Source of the DNA: Bacillota bacterium
GTDB lineage: Bacteria; Bacillota; Clostridia; Christensenellales; SZUA-584
Assembly (NCBI GenBank): GCA_023436115.1
Contig: JAEZKQ010000030.1
Span: 177,910 to 241,909, forward strand
DNA length: 64,000 bases
Reading direction: 5' to 3'
In this document: piece after piece, positions 36,538-45,505 of the stretch
Numbering within the stretch: the stretch's first letter is position 1
Layout: each line of letters begins with the position of its first letter
Notes under the pieces: generated by a model
The model's input: the letters and a program-made list of their open reading frames with translations, nothing else
The model's database searches: none
Told to the model about the DNA's origin: nothing
Made by a program: the position numbers and the translations under genes

Positions 36538-38439
36538 ATGTCAGAGTTGATTTGTCGTACAGACACCCGAGGGCAAATGGACTGCAACGCGACGAATAGA
36601 CCCAAAATTGCGGTGTTTCTCAATGGTATCAGCCATTATTATCAGCATACCATATGTGAAGGCATTGCCAACCAAGCCGAAGAACTCGATTATTCGGTGC
36701 TTTTTTTTGCGTCTGATGTCAGATATATTGTCAACGAAAACAATGAAGGTGAGCTGAAACTGTTTACGCTGCCAGACATGCATGGCTTTAGCGGTATTAT
36801 AGTGGCCACCAATACCATTACTTCTGCCGAAACCGTGGAATATTTAAGAGAAGCGCTGCCCACGAGTGATATTCCGATCATCAACATTGGTCCGTCTATT
36901 GATGGTTGCTTTAGCGTAGACTCACTCGATAACGGCTGCATGGAAGCTCTGATTCGCCATTTCATCGTGGATCATGGTTTCACCCGTATCAATTTCATCT
37001 CCGGCCCCCCCAACAATCCGGATGCAAAATACCGTTTGTCTACATATAAAAAAGTACTGATGGCGTATGGCATCGAATATGACGACAGTCGTGTCTTCAT
37101 TGGCGATTTCAGCCGTGAATGCGGACGTGAGGCAATCACCCGTCTTATGCAGGATAACAGCGATCTGCCTCAGGCTATTGTATGCGCCAGTGATAATATT
37201 GCGCTCGGTGCGTATGCCGAACTCACAAGAAACGGCCTGCGTGTGCCGGAGGACATTGCCATTTCCGGATACGACTGTGTCTTCGAAGCGGAGCACCATG
37301 TGCCGCGCATCACCACGGCCAAGCAGCCGCTGATTGAAATGGGCAGGCGCGCCGTTCAAATTATATGCGATGTGAATGCAGGCAAACATGTTCAGAAGGA
37401 GTTCAGGTACGACGCGCAAATCGTCATGGCAGGCTCATGTGGCTGTAAGGACACAGCGCCGATGGACGAAAGGGAATTGGTGAAGGAGATTGTTCTGAAT
37501 ATTGACGAGCTTCGTATATACGACAATATCAGCACATCCATGATGGAACTGCTGACAGGTTCATATACCATGCGGGATATCGTTAATGAACTGACATCTT
37601 TGGCACGCGTACTGGCATTTCGCCACTTGTTTTTCTGCGTCAACGAAGATAGCCTTTTGAATCATACACAGATTTCTACCGGTTACCCCAGCGAGATGAC
37701 GCTGATGCTGGGCATTGTCAACGATACCATATTTGAAGATGTGAAATTCAAAACAACGGATGTTTTACCCGCACTGGACAGCCATAACACTGCTCTTGTT
37801 TTTGCACCGCTGTATTTTAAGAAAAACACATTTGGATATATTGCTTTTGATTTCAACCATTCCAGCAGCTTCATGCATCGTATCTGGGTGAAGAATGTAC
37901 GTATCGCGCTCGAAAACCTGCGTGCTCAGGACGAATTAAAGCAGTATTCCGCCGCTCTCGAAAAAATAAGCCTGCACGATCCTCTTACCGGCGTTTTGAA
38001 CCGCAGAGGTCTGGAAAAGCGCGCAGAGTCTCTGTTGAGCGCTGATGTGCAGGGTATGCTTTTTGTCATCTTTGTTGATCTTGATGGGCTAAAGCGCATC
38101 AACGATGTGTATGGCCACGCTGCGGGAGACGATGCCATACAAGTCATTGCGGACATACTGCGGCATTGCTCACGCCCCAATGACATAATTGCGCGCATGG
38201 GCGGCGATGAATTCGTCTGCGTTGGTGTGGTTCCGGACGAAGAGACTATACGCTCTATACTGTTTTCCATGCAATCCTATGGTATGCTGCACAATGAACG
38301 TTCCAATAAACCCTACGCAGTCAACGCCAGCTACGGCTGGTGCCTGAAGCCATGGGATGAGAAGCTTTCTCTTATGCAAATGATCGATAAAGCGGACAGC
38401 AATCTATACGAGCAAAAGCGTCAACGCATTAAGGGGTGA
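36538..38439 (+). CDS. Diguanylate cyclase with an N-terminal LacI-type (periplasmic-binding-fold) sugar-sensor domain; cytoplasmic
   Basis: 633 aa with no TM or signal peptide. Residues ~20-290 resemble the LacI/PurR ligand-binding core (no HTH). The C-terminal GGDEF domain has RMGGDEFV and ADSNLYEQK. Confidence 0.8.
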   Translation: MSELICRTDTRGQMDCNATNRPKIAVFLNGISHYYQHTICEGIANQAEELDYSVLFFASDVRYIVNENNEGELKLFTLPDMHGFSGIIVATNTITSAETVEYLREALPTSDIPIINIGPSIDGCFSVDSLDNGCMEALIRHFIVDHGFTRINFISGPPNNPDAKYRLSTYKKVLMAYGIEYDDSRVFIGDFSRECGREAITRLMQDNSDLPQAIVCASDNIALGAYAELTRNGLRVPEDIAISGYDCVFEAEHHVPRITTAKQPLIEMGRRAVQIICDVNAGKHVQKEFRYDAQIVMAGSCGCKDTAPMDERELVKEIVLNIDELRIYDNISTSMMELLTGSYTMRDIVNELTSLARVLAFRHLFFCVNEDSLLNHTQISTGYPSEMTLMLGIVNDTIFEDVKFKTTDVLPALDSHNTALVFAPLYFKKNTFGYIAFDFNHSSSFMHRIWVKNVRIALENLRAQDELKQYSAALEKISLHDPLTGVLNRRGLEKRAESLLSADVQGMLFVIFVDLDGLKRINDVYGHAAGDDAIQVIADILRHCSRPNDIIARMGGDEFVCVGVVPDEETIRSILFSMQSYGMLHNERSNKPYAVNASYGWCLKPWDEKLSLMQMIDKADSNLYEQKRQRIKG

Positions 38440-38819
38440 ATTATTAAGCTTTAGGCACAGAAATATCTAGATATTAACTTTGACTTGTCCCATCAACCAT
38501 TATTATTAAGGTTTCAACACATCGTAATTTTAAATTTAGGCTTTCATAACAATTACCACTTTGCATCTCTTTACATCAATACCACACTCTTGGCATGGCC
38601 GACGTATTAGGAAACATGTCAACATATTTCAATTATTTTATGCCTAGTTTTCTCCTTTCTCCATCAATTTTTTTATCAAACTTATTAAACAGTATGGAAT
38701 GCTTATGCTGATTATCGTTAATTGAAATTGGTATAAAGGATTCCAATCAAATTGAATAATCGTTATTAACAAGAGAATAATAAGTCATATTGATATAGAA
38801 AGGATTTCTTATACTATTT

Positions 38820-40115
38820 ATGGAGAGATTTTTACAGAAAAGATTGCAAGAGAAACTAGACCAATTAAAAGAGTCCCCCAAACCAGAACCCATACGCTCA
38901 GACGGCTGTGGCGCACTAGATCTAGGACCAAGAAATCTGAGTCGAGATAAAGAAAATCCTGATATGTTAGTTCCGCCGGCTACAGATAAAGGTCTCATAC
39001 CGAACCTTAAATTTTCATTTTCAGATACAAACATGATTCTCAGACCAGGTGGATGGTCAAGAGAAATTACCAAGCGGGAGCTTCCTATTTCTGACACATT
39101 TGCTGTTGTAAACATGAATCTCTCTCCGGGAGTAAGAGAAATGCACACACATCAGCAATCTGAATGGGGCTTCCTTCTGGTAGGCGGCTGTCGTGTTACT
39201 GCTGTGGATGAAATGGGAAGAAGCTTTGTAGCAGATATTTATCCTGGTGAAGGCTGGATTTTTCCTAAAAATATTCCTCATAGCATTCAAGGACTCCATG
39301 AAGGATGTGAGTTCTTAATGTTCTTTGATAAAGGAGATTATTCAGAGCACAATACCTTCTCTATTTCGGAATTGTTTGCCCATATGCCCATGGATGTCTT
39401 GTCGGCAAACTTTGGAGTGCCGGAAGAAACATTTAAAAGTATTCCAAAAAAAGAGGTTTATATTACAGACGGCGGCGATCCCGGAACCCTAGAATCCCAA
39501 ACCGTAGATTCTCCCACGGGGAAGGTTCCCTTTTCATACAAGCATGAGCTTTGCAACGTACAACCAATTAAAGGCGACGGAGGAACCTTACAAATTCTTG
39601 ACAATCGCAACTTCCCTGCCTGCGAAACTGTATCAGCAGCTCTTGTAACGGTAGAACCGGGCGCTATGAGGGAGATACATTGGCATACTAATCAGGACGA
39701 ATTCCAATACTATATTAAGGGCAAAGCGAGAATGACAGTATTTATGCCGGGCCCCAAAGCCCGTACTTTTAATTATGGTCCTGGAGATGTAGGCTATATC
39801 CCGGTAGGCGGCTTTCATTATGTACAGAACATTGGCGATGAACCTCTGCAATTTCTCGAAGTCTTTAACAGCAGTCATTTTGCTGATGTATCACTTGCTC
39901 AATGGATCGCGATGACCCCACGTGAAGTCGTGAAATCAATATTAAACCTTCCTGATGATTTCCTTGATACAATACGAAAAGATAGTAATCCTGTGGTGAA
40001 ATACAAAAACTTTGAATTTCCATATGCCCAAAACACACCACAGAATATCTGCTACTTTAAAGACTTCGATTTTAAAGCACCTGCGGATCCAGATGACAAA
40101 AGCTATTCCATATAA
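38820..40115 (+). CDS. Bicupin oxalate decarboxylase family protein (OxdC/OxdD-like)
   Basis: 431 aa; two cupin motifs (REMHTHQQSEW... and REIHWHTNQDEFQYYIKG) and PPATDKGLIPNLKFSFSD as in OxdC. Confidence 0.8.
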   Translation: MERFLQKRLQEKLDQLKESPKPEPIRSDGCGALDLGPRNLSRDKENPDMLVPPATDKGLIPNLKFSFSDTNMILRPGGWSREITKRELPISDTFAVVNMNLSPGVREMHTHQQSEWGFLLVGGCRVTAVDEMGRSFVADIYPGEGWIFPKNIPHSIQGLHEGCEFLMFFDKGDYSEHNTFSISELFAHMPMDVLSANFGVPEETFKSIPKKEVYITDGGDPGTLESQTVDSPTGKVPFSYKHELCNVQPIKGDGGTLQILDNRNFPACETVSAALVTVEPGAMREIHWHTNQDEFQYYIKGKARMTVFMPGPKARTFNYGPGDVGYIPVGGFHYVQNIGDEPLQFLEVFNSSHFADVSLAQWIAMTPREVVKSILNLPDDFLDTIRKDSNPVVKYKNFEFPYAQNTPQNICYFKDFDFKAPADPDDKSYSI

Positions 40116-40130
40116 TCGTTATTAAAAAAT

Positions 40131-40185
40131 GACCAGCAAACGGTCCAAAAATTCACTTTCCCGGTTGCTGGTCACTATTGTTTTA
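40131..40185 (+). terminator. Putative terminator after the oxalate decarboxylase gene
   Basis: GACCAGCAAaCGG ... CCGgTTGCTGGTC (40131-40173) followed by ACTATTGTTTT. The loop is rather large. Confidence 0.45.
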
Positions 40186-40346
40186 AGTCAAAAATGCCGT
40201 GGGTATATTTTCGCTTGTACGCGGCAGATAAAGTTTAAAAACTGAATACTCTGCAAATAATGCAAAGTGCCTTGAGATATAAATGTTGATTTAGCCTGTA
40301 ACCAATTCATGCGGATTTCTAAAAAGATTGGGTTTCAAATCCAGGT

Positions 40347-40892
40347 TTATACCCCTCTAGATATATGTAAAATTTGATAAGAGTTATTATTGCATAACCC
40401 TTCCGGGCGTTTTTTATAAAAATAGAACTGGCTGTATTCCCATTTATCCGGATTGTATATACATACCTGTCCTGAAAATTCTTTGTCGCTTTGGGCAGGT
40501 TTTGAAACGCATCCTTCCTGAAAGGATAATAAAGATAGTTGAGGAGTAACGTGGTGTTTTTCTTCTATCACATATTTCGAATCCATATAATCGTTTTTCA
40601 AATCTATTAAAAGTGGCACACCTATATTTATATTCTGCCAACCGAAAGACTTTATAATGTTATCATAATAACCTCCGAATAAGAACTGATTCATTCCATG
40701 ACTATCTTTCCATATATAAAAGGGGGCATAAACATTTTCAAAACTGTCCACATTCCTTTCTTGAATTAAATAACATTTAAAAAGCAATCCCAGAAAACCA
40801 TCTGTCTTATTACCATTATCTTCTACTCTTTTTTTAATGATTTGCATGTCATAATCATTTGGCAAGTTTATTCTATATTGCATTGTGATCAT
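40347..40892 (-). CDS. DUF4865-like protein
   Basis: 181 aa; the N-terminus MITMQYRINLPNDYDMQIIKKRV matches my memory of the DUF4865 family. Confidence 0.5.
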   Translation of the reverse strand: MITMQYRINLPNDYDMQIIKKRVEDNGNKTDGFLGLLFKCYLIQERNVDSFENVYAPFYIWKDSHGMNQFLFGGYYDNIIKSFGWQNINIGVPLLIDLKNDYMDSKYVIEEKHHVTPQLSLLSFQEGCVSKPAQSDKEFSGQVCIYNPDKWEYSQFYFYKKRPEGLCNNNSYQILHISRGV

Positions 40893-41016
40893 ATTATATT
40901 CTCCTTAATATTCAAAAAAAACTGCAATTTATAAAACGTTCATAGCTTGATACATTTATTTGAATAAGATCGTTGGATTACTCCACTCACTTAAGTAACA
41001 TTTCAGGTATTATTCT

Positions 41017-41676
41017 TCAGGCGTCTTCAATAAGGGCCTTTGGAAATGTGATGGCGAATGGCTCTACCCTAATTGCCGCAATCGGCTTACAAACTGAAAT
41101 GTCAGGAAACAGCTCCGAATTGACCTCTAATTTTTCAATTTTAGCGAAATGACCTTTACCACTTCCCGAAAAGGTTGTATAGAAATATTTACCTTCATGT
41201 AGCTGTACAAGTGGAAAAGGAAGCAATTTGGTATTTACCGGAAATAGCAGCCTACCAGTGCGAATGACAAACTCGGCCACAAGAGTACCGCCACAACTGA
41301 CCCGGATACGTTCCTGCTGGCTGTTGAGCTTTTCAAAGTCGAACTCCGCCTGCTCTTTGGGGATTCCCCAATTCGCCCTGCCGTTCACAACGCTTTCTGA
41401 GGATGATACGTAGATTTTACTGATTGTATCAAGCCTCTTTCCTTTGAAATCGAATTTGCCTGGAATAAACAACAGCTCCCCGTAAGGTCCGGCATCAGAT
41501 TGAAGATAATCAACCAGCATAACGCTTCCAAAACCTCCGGCATAATGTCCCTGCAGGAAATCCGGTACATTGCCGTATTTCTCGACAAAATTGCGTTTAA
41601 ACTTATAGATCAGAATATAGCCTCTCCCCCGTAAACTCCACGGAGCCGGAAATGAAGACACAATAGATTCCATCAT
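41017..41676 (-). CDS. Acetoacetate decarboxylase (ADC)-family protein
   Basis: ORF 41017..41712. The likely start is MMESIVSSFPAPWSLRGRGYIL at 41676 (TAATG overlap with the SDR stop). Confidence 0.5.
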   Translation of the reverse strand: MMESIVSSFPAPWSLRGRGYILIYKFKRNFVEKYGNVPDFLQGHYAGGFGSVMLVDYLQSDAGPYGELLFIPGKFDFKGKRLDTISKIYVSSSESVVNGRANWGIPKEQAEFDFEKLNSQQERIRVSCGGTLVAEFVIRTGRLLFPVNTKLLPFPLVQLHEGKYFYTTFSGSGKGHFAKIEKLEVNSELFPDISVCKPIAAIRVEPFAITFPKALIEDA

Positions 41677-42461
41677 TATTTCTCCCCCTTCTGCTGGCCG
41701 GCTTGCAGCCAATTTTGGAACTTCCGGTTGTATATGTAGACATAAAGCACGTTAATGAAGGGCAGTATTCGGTTTAGCAGATTCGTTGCATAGAAGACCT
41801 TTGAGGGGAAAATTCGTTTACGGTTCTTCTGTATTCCCCCTACAATTCTTCGCGCAACTGTACCAGCGGTCTGAGTAGGCCATGCAACCGGCGTATTGTT
41901 GCCTGCACGGGAAAAGAAATTTGTTTTGGTTGCTATCGGGTAAACCACCTGAAAATGCTGTCCCTCCTCAAGTTCATAGCGGTAGGCATCCGCAAATCCC
42001 CTGATTGCAGCCTTTGTACCACAGTACAGCGAGTAGCCCGGGAGAGAAAGTAAACTCATTCCACTGGCTGTTACGACAAAGTTATATGGCTTACTTCCAT
42101 TAAGCACTTTCATCTTTTCTGCACAATAAATAAAGCCCACTAAATTTGTTTTAATAATTGCCTCAATATGCTCCCAATCTGGCTTATCTATCTTTTCAAA
42201 ATAGGCAAAACCCGCATTTGCGATAAAAAGATCGATGCCGCCCATCATTTCCAGTGAAAATGCAAATAGGCCATCCAGTTCTTCCTCCTTGGAAACATCG
42301 CATTTTCTGAGATAAAGATTTGGATGTGAGAGTTCCAACTTCTCGATTTGCCTTGCAGATGCGACAACTGTGCAGCCTTTGTCCAGCAGTATTTTAAGCA
42401 ATTCCAGACCAATACCAGAGGATGCCCCGGTAATGACGACCCGCTTTCCTTCTAGTTTCAT
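41676..42461 (-). CDS. Short-chain dehydrogenase/reductase (SDR)
   Basis: The likely start is MKLEGKRVVITGASSGIG at 42461, after AAAGGAG. Motifs NAG and YCGTK. Confidence 0.8.
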   Translation of the reverse strand: MKLEGKRVVITGASSGIGLELLKILLDKGCTVVASARQIEKLELSHPNLYLRKCDVSKEEELDGLFAFSLEMMGGIDLFIANAGFAYFEKIDKPDWEHIEAIIKTNLVGFIYCAEKMKVLNGSKPYNFVVTASGMSLLSLPGYSLYCGTKAAIRGFADAYRYELEEGQHFQVVYPIATKTNFFSRAGNNTPVAWPTQTAGTVARRIVGGIQKNRKRIFPSKVFYATNLLNRILPFINVLYVYIYNRKFQNWLQAGQQKGEK

Positions 42462-42666
42462 ATTGTTACGCTCCTTTCTATTGATTGCCAACATTAAAGG
42501 ACCTTTCTCTGACATCTATCAGGTCCTAGGCATCTTCAATGGTAAATAACAGAATCCTATATTGGACATTTTAACTTCTTCAACATCGTGGCAAGTACAG
42601 TATCTATATTCTGGTTATAACAAATTAATCTTAACAATGAGAATACATTTACAAAAGCATTTGTCA

Positions 42667-44001
42667 TTACTGTTCCAAAATCTTCTTGTACGGTGCAATC
42701 ATACCTTCATTCATTTTGTTACCAATTTTAGCTTTCAGCTTTGGAGAAGAAATAAGTGCACCTACAAGATACATTTTTAAGGCCGTTCCTTTTTTCTTTT
42801 GAGGGAAGTCGTATAATCCATGTTGTTTGTAGAACTTATGATCAGCTTTCATCATACCGCGCATAAGCCAGATAAGGTCTCTGAATATTTTCATTCCGCC
42901 TGCGCCATAGAAGTTCATAGGCTGGATATAATCATGACTGATAGCATAATCAAGCCTTGCAGCAAGTCTATCTATTTCTGCATCCGGATTTATTTCATCA
43001 CACGCAACTCCTGCTAGAAAATTCCCTCCAACCTCACTACGCCCTTCAATAATCATCTGCAGATTAGTCTCTGACGGGTAATTTCCGCTAATCAAATATC
43101 CTGTCGGCTTTCCCATAGTCACTGCTCTATGCCCATTACAGAACTGCCTGTCATCATACATTTTAAAAATCGAGCCCATGGAATGATCCTTGATGGAAAA
43201 TGCATATATTATAGCATCTGCAGTCTGAATACTGTTACGCAGAAAATCATCAAAGCCATCCTTGTAAATACATTTTCCTGTAGTCGCACAATTAAAGCAG
43301 CCTAAACATCCCCCGCGAAAAGGATACTCTGCAATATTAACAATTCGGCTCTTATAATTAAGAACGGCTCTGAATCTGCTAATCATATCATTAAGCTGAG
43401 AATCATCCTTTGCGCAATCTGTAACGATTACTATATCGCCGCTCTTTTCATCCCGGGCCGATGTATAAGAACCAACAGGAAGATGTGCCGGAGCCGCTTG
43501 ACACCTTGGAATTGTTTCATATACATCATGCTCCATACTCCATAAAACATAATCAAAAAACTCTTTTGCAGCTTTTTGTCCATTTTCAGTCAGAAGATCA
43601 TCCATATCTGCAGACAGTCCCTTAATAAATTTCATGCCGAGATCCTGGCAGTTCTCCTGAATATACTTTTGTGCAGTCACATCATAAAAGTGCTTAGAAG
43701 TCGTAATCTGAGTAACAAACTTTCCGGATAAGTTTATACCATATGCTTTTAAAAGTTCTATAAAGCGATGCAATTGACTCGGCGCTATAAATGTATAAAC
43801 CGGATAAGAAAAAATGATCAAATCCGCATTTAATATTGCTTCAGCCGAAGCTGAAAATTCTTTTTCATAGTTTTTAATGTGCTGACCAACATTAAGAAAC
43901 TGAAATTGATGCTCCGGATACTTTTTTTCCAGGTACAATGAAGTATGCAATGTAATGCTATATTTACCTTTAGGACTTCCATTTAAGACAAGAACTTTCA
44001 T
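42667..44001 (-). CDS. Flavodoxin-fold NAD(P)H-dependent oxidoreductase, two tandem flavodoxin-like halves with a Cys cluster
   Basis: 444 aa; MKVLVLNGSPKGKYS..., and a second half containing GGCLGCFNCATTGKC. Confidence 0.55.
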   Translation of the reverse strand: MKVLVLNGSPKGKYSITLHTSLYLEKKYPEHQFQFLNVGQHIKNYEKEFSASAEAILNADLIIFSYPVYTFIAPSQLHRFIELLKAYGINLSGKFVTQITTSKHFYDVTAQKYIQENCQDLGMKFIKGLSADMDDLLTENGQKAAKEFFDYVLWSMEHDVYETIPRCQAAPAHLPVGSYTSARDEKSGDIVIVTDCAKDDSQLNDMISRFRAVLNYKSRIVNIAEYPFRGGCLGCFNCATTGKCIYKDGFDDFLRNSIQTADAIIYAFSIKDHSMGSIFKMYDDRQFCNGHRAVTMGKPTGYLISGNYPSETNLQMIIEGRSEVGGNFLAGVACDEINPDAEIDRLAARLDYAISHDYIQPMNFYGAGGMKIFRDLIWLMRGMMKADHKFYKQHGLYDFPQKKKGTALKMYLVGALISSPKLKAKIGNKMNEGMIAPYKKILEQ

Positions 44002-44131
44002 GCTTAACCTCCTGCTTCACCACTGTTCATTTTAGCTTGATAGTATATTTGGCTAAGATATTTTGGTTTAAATTTTGGTTTTTTCTCCGGTTGCCATCTT
44101 CGCCTTTACCACATTGCTACGATGCTGTTTT

Positions 44132-44460
44132 TCAAGCTGCGCCGCTTGAAATGTTCCCCAGAAATAATCGCGGATCACCTGGCATTCGTGTAGCTATAGC
44201 ATCTGCGCAATTGACTCGATACTCGAGATCGTCCCAGTCTGCATTAGCGGTATCCAACGGTTCCTGATCAAATATAACACAAACGCTGAGGATTTTTAAC
44301 TGATTCAATGCACCCATGAATTACTGCTTTATCTCGCCCAAATCTACTGATGCTTCTGGTAATGATAATTTCTGTATCGTAGCCTGTCTTACTTGAACCA
44401 GTATCTATATAGACATCTACTAATAACCATTTTGGATGAGTTGGCCGATACTTGGGCGGT
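44132..44460 (-). pseudogene. Serine recombinase N-terminal (resolvase-domain) gene fragment
   Basis: The minus-strand reading WLLVDVYIDTGSSKTGYDTEIIITRSISRFGRDKAVIHGCIESVKN...*..IFDQEPLDT parallels WSLVDIYADEAITGT...MVITKSISRFARNTLDTLKYVRMLKE..FFEDENINT of the intact recombinase at 50345..52246. It has an internal deletion and a stop. Confidence 0.65.
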
Positions 44461-44518
44461 TAAACTTTTCAGCTGCTCAGCACTGATTGTACAAATCGGA
44501 ATTTATCTATTATATAAT

Positions 44519-45184
44519 TCAGCTTCGGCCAACCCAATTTTTTGACCAATAAAACAATGCCACAGACATCTTTTCAAAATCGACCGTTCCACCATTTTTT
44601 AGACTTAAAAAAGTCTGGATGATACTCTTTTCTTCTGAACTTATTACCTCTAACAAGTCTTTCATACAGCTAATGTAGTGGCCTGTCTGCTTAAAACTTA
44701 TTGCCTGTACAACAAATGATGCAGATTTATACAAACCTCTTAGAATTTCTTCGCTTTTCTCGTACAGCATATTATGAACACAGCTATGGTATAGATTACA
44801 TACACCAATTTTAATCGCTCTGCTAACGGCAACGTCGTCAACATGCAGCAGCAGTTCGTCAAGGCTTCCTTTTATCGGCTTTGTATCATAGTAGAATTGG
44901 AAAAGATCTGATGCTTCCCAATTAAGAATTTCATTTTTTCCTGAGAGGAAACCACAAATTAATTCTCTATGAGAAAGTGTATCCAACATAGTGTTATAGG
45001 ACTGAATGTCCAAAGCAGATAGCTCATCGAGTATTACAACAACATCGATATCGCTTGCTTCGGTTGCTTCACCGCGAGCGAAACTTCCCTGCAGCCCAAC
45101 AAACCACACTCGTTCTCCAAAGTTCGCATTTAAGCCCTGTAAAAAGCTATTTATCCATGTCGTCATTTCTATCATTTCTATCAC
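44519..45184 (-). CDS. Nucleotidyltransferase-domain protein (KNTase/MNT-like fold with a helical C-terminal domain)
   Basis: 221 aa; GLQGSFARGEATEASDIDVVVILD is a classic polbeta-type NTase motif. The substrate is unknown. Confidence 0.65.
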   Translation of the reverse strand: MIEMIEMTTWINSFLQGLNANFGERVWFVGLQGSFARGEATEASDIDVVVILDELSALDIQSYNTMLDTLSHRELICGFLSGKNEILNWEASDLFQFYYDTKPIKGSLDELLLHVDDVAVSRAIKIGVCNLYHSCVHNMLYEKSEEILRGLYKSASFVVQAISFKQTGHYISCMKDLLEVISSEEKSIIQTFLSLKNGGTVDFEKMSVALFYWSKNWVGRS

Positions 45185-45423
45185 CTCTGCAAATTCTGAT
45201 TTGACTATTGACTAAAACTGTGTATAAAATTAATAAATAATTGGAATTTGTAGTTCCAACTTATTTTTATTATAATGTTAGCATTTTTGGGTAATCAGGA
45301 CAACGGGAAACCTTTGTTATTATAGGCTTTTGTCAGTCCAATTGGCGGATACATAAGAATAATTGACGCATTTCACCAAAGTGATAAAGACAGCAAAGAG
45401 GTTATTTAATAACAGCTAATAAA

Positions 45424-45455
45424 AACGGACGGCATCATATTTAATTCCATCCGTT
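45424..45455 (-). terminator. Possible terminator after the enoate-reductase-like gene
   Basis: Minus strand: ACGGA (20-nt loop) TCCGT followed by TTTTTATTAG. The stem is short. Confidence 0.35.
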
Positions 45456-45505
45456 TAATATGTTTGTTTATATCTGCAAATGTCATCTATGTGTTATTTT
45501 ATTGT

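Noticed and set aside
40290-40346. tRNA T-loop-like string GGGTTTCAAATCCAGG
   Set aside because: There is no complementary T-stem, acceptor stem or anticodon arm around it. It is not a tRNA or a recognisable tRNA fragment.
44519-45184. Calling the nucleotidyltransferase an aminoglycoside or lincosamide resistance gene, or an MNT antitoxin
   Set aside because: Only the generic GS...D.D polbeta NTase motif is recognisable. I saw no specific similarity to ANT/Lnu families from memory and no HEPN partner gene.
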